From Bryobacterales bacterium (GTDB taxonomy: Bacteria; Acidobacteriota; Terriglobia; Bryobacterales; Bryobacteraceae), in contig JANXXL010000147.1 in assembly GCA_025350625.1 (NCBI GenBank), positions 1,275 to 65,274 on the forward strand: 64,000 nucleotides of DNA, written 5' to 3'. The notes under the pieces were generated by a model, which worked only from the letters and a program-made list of their open reading frames with translations, ran no database searches and had not been told where the DNA came from. The position numbers and the translations under genes are program-made. Of the stretch, positions 45,101 to 54,667 are shown one piece after another (positions within the stretch are counted from its first letter, which is position 1; each line of letters starts with the position of its first letter).

Positions 45101-47073
45101 CGCACCAAAACGTTGGCCTGCATCGGCTCTGACGCCCTCAGTTCCCATTGGTTCAGGCCGACCGATCCGCTTAACTGCGCCTGCAAAACACCGCGAGTAA
45201 GGGTTGCGTTTTGAACGGAGACGCCGCCCTGGGCTGCTGTCACGTCCGCTACCAGCTGATCGAAATGACGCTGTTCGACGGTAAAGCGGCGGGCCGTTAG
45301 GTGCCCGATAATCTGGGGTGACCGCGCGTTCCCTTTCAGGTGTGCATCGAAGGCGATCGATCCTCCCGGATCAACCTTCATGGGTAACTCTGACGGCGGG
45401 TGAGTGGAGACCAAAGTTAAGCCCGGCAGCAAGTCGTTCAGATTCGTTGACGTGAGGTGGACGTCCATTCCCGCTTTGAGGGAGCCGGAAAATTCCATAC
45501 GGCTGGCGGGAAAGGCGAGATACGATCGTCCTACTTCTAGCGAATCGGTTCGGGCGTCGTAATCCGCGTCCAAGCGGCCGCTAACCGGAACGCCTCGCCT
45601 TCCGGGGTTTACGGATAAACGTGCGTGAGCTTGCAGAGTATTCGGACCAGGCGAAGCGAGGTTGCCTTGGGCTTCGAGCGGACCGGAAATAGACCCGCTC
45701 CAAGCGGGCCGTCTGCCGGTGAGAATGGCAGCGAGGTCTTCGATAGCGAAGTTATTTAGTTTCCCTTGCACCTTATACTGCGCAGCATTCTCCAAGCCGG
45801 CCCTGCCGTCAAAATCGCCGCCGGCAATGGCGACACGAAGTGGATTCGCCGTGACGGTATTCGGTTTAGCCCGGACCTTGGCCGTGAGGCTAGCCCCAGA
45901 CAGACTGATATTTCCCTGACGCATGGCCAACTGCTTTCCATCCACGCTGGCTTCGACCGAATAATCTGAGGCGCCGTTAGTGGTCGCAGTGCCCTGCATT
46001 TGAACTTTGCCGCTGGCTCGGCCGGAAAATTGTGAGAGCTCGGCGATCTCTGTGACGTCCAGGGCCGCGGCGAATTGCAGCGATCCTTTTTCGAGCGCCA
46101 AGTTTTGCATGCTGCCGAATGCCTGCAGTGTCGAGTGTCCCAGCGTCAATTTTGCGGTCTGGATCTGGACGTTGTTTTGGTCGCTCTTCAGTTCAACGTC
46201 TGCATAAAGAGTTTTAAGGCTGGGATTGCGCACTGAGGCGGGAAGAGACACGCCCAGCGTTCTCTTGATCTCCGGCACGTCGAGCTGAGCATTAAGGCCC
46301 CCCGAAATGACCGGCGCGTTCATGTGTTCCATGACGGCGCTCATGGTGACCTTGGAAGCAGCCGTGACCAAGGTTCCGGCAGTAAGTTGAATGCGGTCTT
46401 TTTCGATGACCACCGGGAGATTTAGAGCTATGTCCAGCCGCGGGTTTTGTCCCGACTGAAAGTGCAGTGGACTCATTGTGATCTGCCCGCGGTATCGCTG
46501 GCCGGCGGTCTCATAAACCAGCCGCGCCTGAAGATTTTCACCGGTAGCTTGAAAATTCGCCTTCTGGTGGGCGAAATCGATGGTTCCTTTATTTATCTCG
46601 AAGCGGCCTACGGCTAAATCAACTAATGTTTGAAGGCCATTCTGATCGTTGCCGCGCTGGATTCGTGGGTTGGGCACATTCGTTCGCCCATCCGGATATA
46701 CCGTCACATTGACGCGCGGTTGATCCACGGTCAGTGACGAAATATCGACCTTTCGTGTTCTGATGAGAGACGCGATTCTCAATTCCACATTGAGATGAGA
46801 TACGCGCAGTAGCGGGTCGGCACTCGCCGGTTCGGTTCCATGCAAGGTGAATTGTCCGACGTCGGCCCGCAGGCGCCGCCAGTCGAATGCGAAGGAAGCC
46901 ATCTCGGCTTTGCCGCCGGTAGAATCCTCCACCGTGCGAATGATCTTCGCCCGAACGAATTCCCGGAACCATTCACTCTGCGCAATGAAGATGCCTGCCG
47001 CGACACCAGCCACCATGAGCCCCGTGACCGATGCCAAAGCGATCCCCAATACTTTTCGACGGCGCGGATTCAC
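42169..47073 (-). CDS. tamB: translocation and assembly module protein TamB-like (AsmA/DUF490 family)
   Basis: 1634 aa. N-terminal membrane anchor (VLGIALASVTGLMVAGVAAGIFI), very long beta-rich repetitive body, conserved C-terminal region ending ...WALNPQWSLIATREENGLFGVDFFYKRRFR. Its ORF overlaps the end of the upstream SurA_N-like ORF by 4 nt. Confidence 0.8.
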   Translation of the reverse strand: MNPRRRKVLGIALASVTGLMVAGVAAGIFIAQSEWFREFVRAKIIRTVEDSTGGKAEMASFAFDWRRLRADVGQFTLHGTEPASADPLLRVSHLNVELRIASLIRTRKVDISSLTVDQPRVNVTVYPDGRTNVPNPRIQRGNDQNGLQTLVDLAVGRFEINKGTIDFAHQKANFQATGENLQARLVYETAGQRYRGQITMSPLHFQSGQNPRLDIALNLPVVIEKDRIQLTAGTLVTAASKVTMSAVMEHMNAPVISGGLNAQLDVPEIKRTLGVSLPASVRNPSLKTLYADVELKSDQNNVQIQTAKLTLGHSTLQAFGSMQNLALEKGSLQFAAALDVTEIAELSQFSGRASGKVQMQGTATTNGASDYSVEASVDGKQLAMRQGNISLSGASLTAKVRAKPNTVTANPLRVAIAGGDFDGRAGLENAAQYKVQGKLNNFAIEDLAAILTGRRPAWSGSISGPLEAQGNLASPGPNTLQAHARLSVNPGRRGVPVSGRLDADYDARTDSLEVGRSYLAFPASRMEFSGSLKAGMDVHLTSTNLNDLLPGLTLVSTHPPSELPMKVDPGGSIAFDAHLKGNARSPQIIGHLTARRFTVEQRHFDQLVADVTAAQGGVSVQNATLTRGVLQAQLSGSVGLNQWELRASEPMQANVLVRNADVQDILALTGQSQVPVRGDLTLSAQASGTIGDPRGSADLAIVNGVAYGEPFDRIQGKVNYAGQLVTVPSMQATAGGAVANLTASFDHPLNDFSAGRLHLHLDTNQVALNLLPALQKRRPDVGGLAQTNVDAEANLLSSGGNSTLQIAAVNGKITVRGLRARGRSLGDFTADARTTGNQLSYRIDSNFAGSAIRADGSTTLTPEYPTTASVSIQNLPLEQALTLAGEDDLPARGLLSAKGELSGTLRDPRANLDMDLTKVVVYEQPFDRIEGHVNYSNALLDLPSINLASGPNRVWVSGSFSHPVRDFSTGNVRLHVAGNSIQLAQIKYLQQRRPGLSGALSLNIDTTGTISAAGPKVLLSGLKGNTAVTGLRMNGRDYGDFHASAEQTGSTLNVNLDSNLAQSLINGKLQTQLAGDYQTSGQLTFKNVSYSDWSAVLGLGSSGSTQSFDAVADGALNASLAILKPANLTGTAQLSKLEIAAKPKPALGGPRMGASTTTKLALRNEGPIEFTASQSAIYVQRAILAGNSTRIALTGSVALSPATNFDLTVNGDANLALLHELDSNISSDGKLTLNAGIKGPLTKPSINGRLQLKDAAFQTTDMSNGISKANGAIQFNGDIARIESLTAESGGGKITVTGFVGRNGYTFNYGLTARAIQMRVRQASGVSVVGNANVKLTGTSESSLLSGDVTIRSVKFNPQTDFGSILASSTPPAETDTDGGALAGVKLNLDVRTAAGANFQTSLAEDLHAQANLTVRGTLANPGVLGRIVVTEGVLVFFGTKYTVNDATVSFYNPNKVEPVLNLSMVTKARGVEVTLNVSGPVNNMNLAYQSDPPLPFSEIVGLLAAGKTPTSDAVLLAQQPATPPQNFQQMGESALLSQAVSNPISGQLQRVFGVSQLKIDPTFTSGSELPQARLTLQQQIASGLTFTYITNLTRSDSQIVRVEWALNPQWSLIATREENGLFGVDFFYKRRFR

Positions 47074-47705
47074 TTGAGAGCCTCCTCGTTATAAGTCACG
47101 GGCGTTTTCTTTTCCGACTCATCCAGCCACGCGAAGAATTGCTGGTTGACGCGTTCACCGGCAATCGCTTGCTCGATCTCTACACGCAAAGATTCCAAGT
47201 CAAGCTTGGGCTTTCCGGCGCGCCTGAAATCCGGCAGATGTTGCCGGTAATAGGCGCTCACCTCGTCCTCCGGAATTTGGCCGCCGCTTGCGAAACGGAC
47301 GTTGATGAAGCGGAGAACGGTAAGCTGCCAGGTTAAGTGGTTCCGCAAGTCCTCTTCACTCAGCCCGTAAGATTTCAGAGCGTCCCGATAGGCGGCGTTC
47401 GGCCCGAAGCTCTGCTTGAGCTGCTGCAGTAACGCATCGACCTCAGATGGTTCAGGACTAGAATATAGCCCGGCTTGCAGTTCCTTGCGAATCAAGGCTT
47501 GATCGATCAATCGCGCTAATGCCTTTTTTCGCTCACTTACGCCGAAGGACGGCGTGTCATGGTTGAGCAGACCTGTAAGGCGGATGTCCTTGATTATGTC
47601 GCTCTGTTTGATAATGTGGCCGTCGATGATAACGGAGATCCGGTCCACAATCTCGGCGCTGGCGGACGCCATACAGACCATCAAAGCTAAGCAATACGTT
47701 CTCAT
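47070..47705 (-). CDS. SurA N-terminal-domain-like periplasmic chaperone (no PPIase domain)
   Basis: 211 aa. Signal peptide, then VDRISVIIDGHIIKQSDI...ALARLIDQALI pattern typical of the SurA_N domain. Sandwiched between bamA and tamB with overlapping stop and start codons. Confidence 0.6.
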   Translation of the reverse strand: MRTYCLALMVCMASASAEIVDRISVIIDGHIIKQSDIIKDIRLTGLLNHDTPSFGVSERKKALARLIDQALIRKELQAGLYSSPEPSEVDALLQQLKQSFGPNAAYRDALKSYGLSEEDLRNHLTWQLTVLRFINVRFASGGQIPEDEVSAYYRQHLPDFRRAGKPKLDLESLRVEIEQAIAGERVNQQFFAWLDESEKKTPVTYNEEALK

Positions 47706-50700
47706 CAGAAGGTTTGCCCGATCGAAAAGAAAAACTGAAAGTGACTAATTTGATTGCGCACGCTTTGGCAAACCCCGGTATTATTCCCCGGGCCACACGC
47801 CAACAGTTGTTGAGTCGTCCCTTTGAACCCAAGATAAGCCGGTGGATTGATGCTGTACGCCAAGTCTCCGCGAACCGGACCGAGCGGCGTCTTATAACGA
47901 ATGCCGAAACCGACCGCATGGACCATGTAATCGAAATCGGAAAGGTCACGCTGACTGGCGCGAAATGAAATGCTTTTGAAGTTTTTGTAGACATTGCCGG
48001 CGTCGTGGAAAACCACGCCTCCAATGTTGTCGCCTAGGAGGGGAAAGCGGAGCTCGACAGTGTTGAACAACTGAGCGTTCCCGCCTAAAGGAAAGCCGGT
48101 CGGAGACGTAGCGTTGCCGCCCGGACCAGCCGGCCTTCCCAGGTCGCGCGGGCCCGCTTGATTCTCGGGAAATCCGCGATGGGTGACGCTTCCGCCACCG
48201 AAAAATCGCTCTGGAAGGGGAATGGAGTCGGCTGCGTCCAGTCCCGCGGCAACGTGAAACGGAACGATCACTCCCAGACTGGTCTGCCGGGCCAGAATGA
48301 TGTTGGGCGTTAGCCGATGGTAGGTGGCATTGCGGACCAAAGTCCGTCCGAAGCTTCTTTGTGAACCGAAAATGCTCGAAGCGACGCCCGCGTCTATAGT
48401 GTTGTAAATACCCCGATGCGTATCGGCAGGGTTGTCGCGCCGATCCTGCACATAGTTGGCGGACAATATTCCAATACGCACGGGCTGCAGGAGCTGGGGC
48501 ACCAGCAGCGACGGGATCGCGACATCGCCGGTGGTCACACGGCGGTAGGCGAATCTCATCAGCAAATTACTGGGCTTGGAAAGCTTCTGTGAAATCTGGA
48601 CCGATGCCTCTTCGCGCCGCGATGAGAAAGTGCGGACATCGCGCGAGAAATCGTAGAGCGTGGTGAAGGTTATGTTCCGTCCTTCCACATTAAGAAAGCG
48701 GGGAGCCAGGTAATTAATAGAGGCCAGTTGCTCCAGGTTAGAAATTCGCCCTCGCAGGGACACTGAGTGTCCAGTTCCAAAAAGGTTTAGCCGGCTGAGA
48801 TCCGCCGAGAAGCGGGGACTAAACCCGGCGGAGCCTGCCGGCGTGGAAAGATCGCTGGTGGTTCCTCCTAACCGTGCGATCTCAGCGCCGATTCCGACCG
48901 CCACGCTATAGCGGCTGGATTCCTGAAAATCGTAGAGGACATGCTTATGCTCGGTATTGCCGTCGGGATTTTGAATCGCCATGTCGATTTTAGAGAACAG
49001 CCCCAGCTGATACAGTTTGCGCTGCGCGTCGGAAAGCGCCATCAGCGAAAGCGGTTCGCCGGGTGTAAATTGCAATTGACGGTCCAAGACCCGCTGGCGA
49101 GTGGTTTGGATCCCGGTGGTGATCACATCACGAATAAATTGGCGTCTGCCTTCGACGATGCTATAAACCAAATCCAGTTGGTTTGAAGTGGCAGATGCAG
49201 TGGAACTCCACCGAAACGAGGCATCCGGAAACCCTCTGCGGTAGTATTCCGCGATGATGGCATTTTGATCCGCCGCAATGGTGGTTGCGCTGAACGGCTG
49301 ACCTTTTGTGGAACCCACTTGGGCCAGCAAGTCCCCGGCGTCGACGCTATGCGCGCCTTCGAGCGTCAGCGATGAGACATAATATTGCGGTCCCTCCTCA
49401 ATCCGCATCCGAACCGCAACGGCGCCGGTTTTGCCTTCGTAATCGTCCGTGACTACCGGCGTAACCCTCACATCCCGGTAGCCGTTGGATTTATATAGAT
49501 TCGCGATAGATTCCACATCCCTTTTGACAAAATCTTCGCTATAACGGCCGTGGCGCAGGCGGAACGAACTGGGCTGCAAAAACATGCGCTCGCGAATATC
49601 CTCAGTAGAGAAATATCGGTTTCCCTCGATATCGACACGCACGATCTTGTGCCGTAACCCGCGAACCACCACGTACTCGACCAAGGTGAGTTCCGGGTCC
49701 TGATCGCGGGTCCGAAAATCGACCTGGGTTTCAAAATAACCCTGGTTTTGAAAGTAATCCCGCAGATTTCGAGCGCCTTCTACCAGCAGATCGCGATCCA
49801 GCGTTTGTTCCTGGTATACGGGCACATACCGCTTCAACGTTCTTTTCGAAACTTTTGTCTCTACCGCGCGGATATCTACCTGGGGCCCGGCTTGTAGCTC
49901 CAGCTTGGGCTGGAGCCGGCGTGTCGCTGCGCGGTATTCGGGCTGCCGTATCCCGACCTTTGCGGTAAGGCGGTCCTGCTGCTGATATTTCCTGAGGATA
50001 CCGTTGACACCGCTGCGGGTTCGATCCTGCGTGACCTTTCTCCACCATCCGATAAACCGCAGTCTCCACCCGGTAGCTCGCACAATCGTTTCGTCAGGAA
50101 GTTTAGTGTCGCCGCTGATAACGGGCATCTCGTATTTCGCCCGGGGACCCATTTTTACGATAAATTTCACGTTACGTTGTTGGATATCCGTCCGGTCGTC
50201 CGTCTCTACGCGAATAGAATGCTCATAGAAACCGTTTCTCTGCAGCAGGCGATGAAGGTTCTCTTCGGCGGTTGCCACGTCTTCCTGGCGAAAAGGCGTT
50301 CCAAGATTAAGCCGGGTGGCATCTGTCAATTCTTCGCGGCTGGGAGGCCTAACCATCTTGCCTTCAACAGCAACGTGCCCTACAAACCAGTTGTTCCCGG
50401 TGATAATGCGAATGGCAACGCCGTTGCCTGCCCGAGTCGCGTCGATTTGAACATCGCGAAAGCGCCCGGTGGCGAAAAGGCTATCGATTAATTTGCCAGC
50501 ATCGGCGCCACGGTATGGGGCGCCGGCTTTAAAGACTTCCACTCGCGCCAGGTCGGCGGGATCCAGGGACTGGACGGGAGGGTCGTAGGTAATACTGACT
50601 ATCGGAAGATTCTCAAGTTCGGCGAACTGCGCAAGTCCCGGCAGAGGTAGAAAGCCGGCGACGAGAAACGTCAGCCCAAGCTGTCTTCCAAAGCCCTGAG

Positions 50701-50710
50701 ATCGCTTCAC
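47705..50710 (-). CDS. bamA: outer membrane protein assembly factor BamA (Omp85 family, POTRA repeats + beta-barrel), unusually long
   Basis: 1001 aa. Signal peptide, repeated POTRA-like modules, C-terminal barrel with terminal ...FFFSIGQTF (aromatic C-terminal residue). Confidence 0.85.
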   Translation of the reverse strand: MKRSQGFGRQLGLTFLVAGFLPLPGLAQFAELENLPIVSITYDPPVQSLDPADLARVEVFKAGAPYRGADAGKLIDSLFATGRFRDVQIDATRAGNGVAIRIITGNNWFVGHVAVEGKMVRPPSREELTDATRLNLGTPFRQEDVATAEENLHRLLQRNGFYEHSIRVETDDRTDIQQRNVKFIVKMGPRAKYEMPVISGDTKLPDETIVRATGWRLRFIGWWRKVTQDRTRSGVNGILRKYQQQDRLTAKVGIRQPEYRAATRRLQPKLELQAGPQVDIRAVETKVSKRTLKRYVPVYQEQTLDRDLLVEGARNLRDYFQNQGYFETQVDFRTRDQDPELTLVEYVVVRGLRHKIVRVDIEGNRYFSTEDIRERMFLQPSSFRLRHGRYSEDFVKRDVESIANLYKSNGYRDVRVTPVVTDDYEGKTGAVAVRMRIEEGPQYYVSSLTLEGAHSVDAGDLLAQVGSTKGQPFSATTIAADQNAIIAEYYRRGFPDASFRWSSTASATSNQLDLVYSIVEGRRQFIRDVITTGIQTTRQRVLDRQLQFTPGEPLSLMALSDAQRKLYQLGLFSKIDMAIQNPDGNTEHKHVLYDFQESSRYSVAVGIGAEIARLGGTTSDLSTPAGSAGFSPRFSADLSRLNLFGTGHSVSLRGRISNLEQLASINYLAPRFLNVEGRNITFTTLYDFSRDVRTFSSRREEASVQISQKLSKPSNLLMRFAYRRVTTGDVAIPSLLVPQLLQPVRIGILSANYVQDRRDNPADTHRGIYNTIDAGVASSIFGSQRSFGRTLVRNATYHRLTPNIILARQTSLGVIVPFHVAAGLDAADSIPLPERFFGGGSVTHRGFPENQAGPRDLGRPAGPGGNATSPTGFPLGGNAQLFNTVELRFPLLGDNIGGVVFHDAGNVYKNFKSISFRASQRDLSDFDYMVHAVGFGIRYKTPLGPVRGDLAYSINPPAYLGFKGTTQQLLACGPGNNTGVCQSVRNQISHFQFFFSIGQTF

Positions 50711-50777
50711 TTATAGGAGACTCATATCGCACCCCTACTGTTTCCCAATAGCCGTAACTAGGCCTCTGAATTGCTCG

Positions 50778-51713
50778 GTGACGTGCGTGGCGATTCATTC
50801 CCACCTGTCCGCAACCGGCCGCTTCTTGAAGCACCTTTATTGCCAGTGGGACACCTTGAATGTTCCCAAGATGGCAGCAAGTCTTACTTACTACACTACC
50901 GTGGCGTTAGCGCCTCTAATGGGTGTATTCCTGGCGGGTGTGGGGTTGGCATTCGGCTCGGCGACGGCCCGGGATCATTTGATCGAGGCGATCCGGTTAG
51001 AAGTCGGAGATACCGGAGCAAATGTAATCAAGGCTGTGATCGCACATGTTGCGAGCCCTAAACTCAGCATTCTCGGCACATTCATTGGGGGTCTAGCTCT
51101 GTTCTTTGGAGTCACCGGGGCCTTCATCGACCTTAAAAATTCGCTGAGGATCATCTGGAGCGTGCCCGAGACGGGCTCCGGCGGATTCGGAAGTTTCCTG
51201 GTCGCGCGTGTGATCTCGTTCGCGATGGTGCTGATCACCGGCGCGATCATCGTAATCTCGATTTCTGTCAGTGTCAGCCTCTCTACTCTGCATCATTATT
51301 TCGGTGGCTGGATGCCTGTGAACGGGGGGGAAGAGGTTGCGGATGTGGTTCTCTCGTTTGCGGTCACCACCGCTCTTTTCGCGATCATTTACCGCGTGGT
51401 GCCGCCCGAATGTATGCCCTGGCGGCACATTGCCTTTGGAGCGGGGGTAACCGCTATTCTTTTTACCGCTGGGAAGGCCGCCATCGCAGCCTTTATTGGA
51501 AGTGTCAGCATCGGTTCACCTTACGGAGCCGCCGGCTCATTATTTGCGTTTCTGATATGGCTTTACTATTCTTCCCAGGTGTTCTTTATCGGAGCGATTA
51601 TCACCAGGTCCAGGACGCGAGTGGATCGGGTTGGAGAAGCGCGACGAAATGACGGCGAATTGACCGGCTCTATCTTAGGTCTGCGATCCGCGGACAAAAT
51701 CCCTCACGGATAG
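50778..51713 (+). CDS. YihY/BrkB-family inner membrane protein
   Basis: MAASLTYYTTVALAPLM signature near the N-terminus, about 6 TM helices, 311 aa. Confidence 0.75.
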   Translation: MTCVAIHSHLSATGRFLKHLYCQWDTLNVPKMAASLTYYTTVALAPLMGVFLAGVGLAFGSATARDHLIEAIRLEVGDTGANVIKAVIAHVASPKLSILGTFIGGLALFFGVTGAFIDLKNSLRIIWSVPETGSGGFGSFLVARVISFAMVLITGAIIVISISVSVSLSTLHHYFGGWMPVNGGEEVADVVLSFAVTTALFAIIYRVVPPECMPWRHIAFGAGVTAILFTAGKAAIAAFIGSVSIGSPYGAAGSLFAFLIWLYYSSQVFFIGAIITRSRTRVDRVGEARRNDGELTGSILGLRSADKIPHG

Positions 51714-51717
51714 CTCG

Positions 51718-52680
51718 CTACCGGGACCGGACGAGAGTTATACCCGAGAGCGGGACGAGACCGCCGAGCGTGGTCTTCGCGGAACTGAAGCCCAGGCGAA
51801 AATCTTCTTCCGTATAGTTCTCGTAATTGTCCGTCGGCTCATGATGGTTGGGATTTGAACCGCGGATAATGCCCGTTACCCTCTCGTTTTCGCGCAAACT
51901 GACGGAAGGAACCAGATCCTGAAACTGAATGGAGTCGGTGCCCGCCATATTCGAACCGATGATGGCAGGATAGTCCGGCGACTGCGTCCGGTTCGCTTCC
52001 TGCAGCGCCGCCGCCAGTTTAGCGGACTCGGCCGCCATTTTGGAGTTGGCCTGATACTCAATATTGATGTCCGCATTGGGACGCTGTTTAGGTCCCGGGG
52101 GCATGCCGTGGTCGTACATCATCATGTCGTGCTGAATCACGCCGAGCACTTTGGGTTCGGCTGAAGACGCCTGCGAGACCCTTTCGAGTGCATAGGTTCC
52201 GCTGCCATCCATCCCGAATTCTTCGTTATTCCAAAAAATAAAGCGGACCGAGCGACTCGTACGCACATCCGGCATCGCCAGCACGCGAGCTAACTCCAGC
52301 ACTACCGCGCAGCCGGATGCGTCGTCGTCCGCTGCCTCGCCTCCGCCGCGACCATCCATGTGCGCGGAGACGATGTACATCTCTTTCGGAGTGCCAGTGC
52401 CGGTCTTGGTGGCGTAGATGTTTTCGAGCGGTCCATCGGTCGACATGAACCGGTGCCGTTCAACATTCGAATATCCGAAGCTACGCAATTGCTTTTCCAG
52501 CCAGTCAATCGCGTCGCGGTTGCGTTGTGTGCCTTGCACGCGATCCCCGAACTGCGCCAATCCCTTGATATGCGCCTTGTATTTTTCGAGATCCAGTCGC
52601 GCAAGGATGCGAGTCGAGTCAGAAGGCGCAGTTTGGGCCGAAAGCGTTAATGTTACTAATATCCCAACCAAAAAACGCAT
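51718..52680 (-). CDS. M28-family metallo-aminopeptidase
   Basis: 320 aa, signal peptide. SAHMDGRGGGEAADDDASGCAVVLELAR and FIFWNNEEFGMDGS zinc-ligand motifs. Confidence 0.8.
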   Translation of the reverse strand: MRFLVGILVTLTLSAQTAPSDSTRILARLDLEKYKAHIKGLAQFGDRVQGTQRNRDAIDWLEKQLRSFGYSNVERHRFMSTDGPLENIYATKTGTGTPKEMYIVSAHMDGRGGGEAADDDASGCAVVLELARVLAMPDVRTSRSVRFIFWNNEEFGMDGSGTYALERVSQASSAEPKVLGVIQHDMMMYDHGMPPGPKQRPNADINIEYQANSKMAAESAKLAAALQEANRTQSPDYPAIIGSNMAGTDSIQFQDLVPSVSLRENERVTGIIRGSNPNHHEPTDNYENYTEEDFRLGFSSAKTTLGGLVPLSGITLVRSR

Positions 52681-52734
52681 AAGAGTTCCTTAACGATGAT
52701 ACTCGGAACTCAGCGTGAAGATCGGGTTCTCGGG

Positions 52735-53346
52735 CTAGAAACCAATTCCCAGCATTACCGCCGCTTGATTACGGTTGGACTGAAGCAATGTGCCGGGACT
52801 ATCGAAGTGCCGCGAGGTCCACCCGGTGTAGCGAATTTCCGGCGTTATGTGAAGGAAACCCAGTTTGAAGTCCACGCCGCCGCCCACGACCAATCCCCAG
52901 GTATTGCGGTCGTGCAATTCCGGGACCTGATTGATACTCAAATGGCTAAACGCGCCACCGGCCTCGATATAGGGTTTTACATGTCCCGGCAAGAAGCGCC
53001 ATTTGACCAGGAGCGGGAATTCCCATGCGTGCGAGTTTTGGTCCCGTATAGGCGAGGGAACCACCTGGCGATATTCATAAGTCTTATAAAGCGCGTCGAG
53101 TTCCACTCCGAATCCTGCAGGCAGACGCACCTCCGCATAAGGCCCAAAGATATAACGATGGGTATCGGCGACGTATCGAATCGGATTACTGGAGTTGGTA
53201 ACGAAGGCATCCATCAAAGGCACCCCGCCTTTGACTCCTATGCCAAACGGCTGCCCAAAAGCGGAAACAGCCAAAAATGTAGCAAAAACCACACCCAAAT
53301 ATAGTCTGCGCATGCGCGAACTGCCCCCTTGTAGTGGGACGCTCAA
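52735..53346 (-). CDS. small outer-membrane beta-barrel protein
   Basis: 203 aa. Signal peptide, alternating hydrophobic beta-strand pattern, C-terminal ...AAVMLGIGF. Confidence 0.6.
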   Translation of the reverse strand: MSVPLQGGSSRMRRLYLGVVFATFLAVSAFGQPFGIGVKGGVPLMDAFVTNSSNPIRYVADTHRYIFGPYAEVRLPAGFGVELDALYKTYEYRQVVPSPIRDQNSHAWEFPLLVKWRFLPGHVKPYIEAGGAFSHLSINQVPELHDRNTWGLVVGGGVDFKLGFLHITPEIRYTGWTSRHFDSPGTLLQSNRNQAAVMLGIGF

Positions 53347-53373
53347 ACGGCTAAAATGTTTCGATTAGGAGGT

Positions 53374-53817
53374 CTAACCAGGAGAGGTTTGATCGCGCGC
53401 CGCGCTGGTAGCGAGCTCGTCACACCGGTTATTGTCCTCGTGTAAGGCGTGGCCTTTAGTCCATGTCCACCGGATTTCATGGCCGTCCGTCGCCTGTTCC
53501 AGCGCCATCCAAAGATCCTGGTTCACAACTGGTTTTTTCGCCGCGGTCTTCCAACCATTGCGCTTCCAGCTATGAATCCAGGTGGTGATGCCGTTTTTCA
53601 GGTACTCGGAATCTGTGACCACCTCCAGCTTGCACGGCTCGTTCAGCGAACGCAGACCCTCAATGGCGGCGGTCAGCTCCATGCGGTTATTGGTGGTATG
53701 CGGGTCGGATCCGAACATTTCGCGGGTGTGTTTGCCGAAACGCAGTATATACGCCCAGCCGCCCGGCCCGGGATTGCCCAAGCAGGCGCCATCCGTAATT
53801 AATTGCACTTGTTTCAT
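53374..53817 (-). CDS. rnhA: ribonuclease HI
   Basis: ITDGACLGNPGPGGWA, TNNRMEL, VVTDSEY, WTWTKGHALHEDNNRCDELA: the complete RNase H catalytic motif set. Confidence 0.9.
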   Translation of the reverse strand: MKQVQLITDGACLGNPGPGGWAYILRFGKHTREMFGSDPHTTNNRMELTAAIEGLRSLNEPCKLEVVTDSEYLKNGITTWIHSWKRNGWKTAAKKPVVNQDLWMALEQATDGHEIRWTWTKGHALHEDNNRCDELATSAARDQTSPG

Positions 53818-53837
53818 GTTCCTTTATCATAGGAGTA

Positions 53838-54641
53838 GTGAACCACCCCGATATCAAATCGGCACGCAGGGAATCGGGGGATGCAGGCGGCAAACCGCTG
53901 GTGTTGATTCCGGTGACCGCGGCGGATATAGAGCGGCAGCAACGCCGCAAAATCCTGAGGTGGTTCGCGATCGCCTTGTTTGTTTTCCTGGCCGGCGGGA
54001 TTGTCTACAAGCTGATCAGCAATCCCCGTAATGCACGCGAGGCCTTCGATGCGGGTATGCGGCTGATGAAAGCCACCCGCTACGATCAAGCCATTCTTAA
54101 TTTCAATCGCGCGGTGGAGTTGGATCCGGGTTTTGCCGAAGCTTTCCGGATGCGCGCCCGCGCCTACGTGGCGCAATCGAATCCCGAAGAGGCTATTCGC
54201 AACTTCACACGTCTCTCAGAGCTCCGCCCGCGCGACGCCCTTGCACTGACAGAGCGTGGCTTCGCTTATATCGATAAGAAAGATTACGTCAATGCCATTG
54301 CGGATGCCGATCGCGCACTTGCCCTCAATCCCAAGCTGGCAAGAGCTTTTAATCTTCGCGGCATTGCGCATCGATCGGCCGGAGATCCCCGGAAAGCGGT
54401 GGAGGATTTCACCAAGGCGTTAGAGCAGGAGCCGAACCTGGATAACTATTTTCAGAGGGCCACCACGTACCAGGATCTCGGTGAACATCAGTTGGCCGTG
54501 GCAGACTTCACCAAAGCCGTGGCAGAAGATCCTCAGGAACCCCACATTTATTTTGCCCGGGCGAAGTCGCGGTTCGCGATTGGAGATGGCGCAGGAGCCC
54601 GCGAGGATATTGCCGCCGGCAGGAAGATAGACGGCTGGTAG
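53838..54641 (+). CDS. membrane-anchored TPR-repeat protein
   Basis: 267 aa. One TM helix, then at least 5 TPR units (AILNFNRAVELDPGFAEAF, AIADADRALALNPKLARAF, etc.). Confidence 0.8.
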   Translation: MNHPDIKSARRESGDAGGKPLVLIPVTAADIERQQRRKILRWFAIALFVFLAGGIVYKLISNPRNAREAFDAGMRLMKATRYDQAILNFNRAVELDPGFAEAFRMRARAYVAQSNPEEAIRNFTRLSELRPRDALALTERGFAYIDKKDYVNAIADADRALALNPKLARAFNLRGIAHRSAGDPRKAVEDFTKALEQEPNLDNYFQRATTYQDLGEHQLAVADFTKAVAEDPQEPHIYFARAKSRFAIGDGAGAREDIAAGRKIDGW

Positions 54642-54667
54642 ATGCGGCTAAGCGGGCGTCGCCTGGG

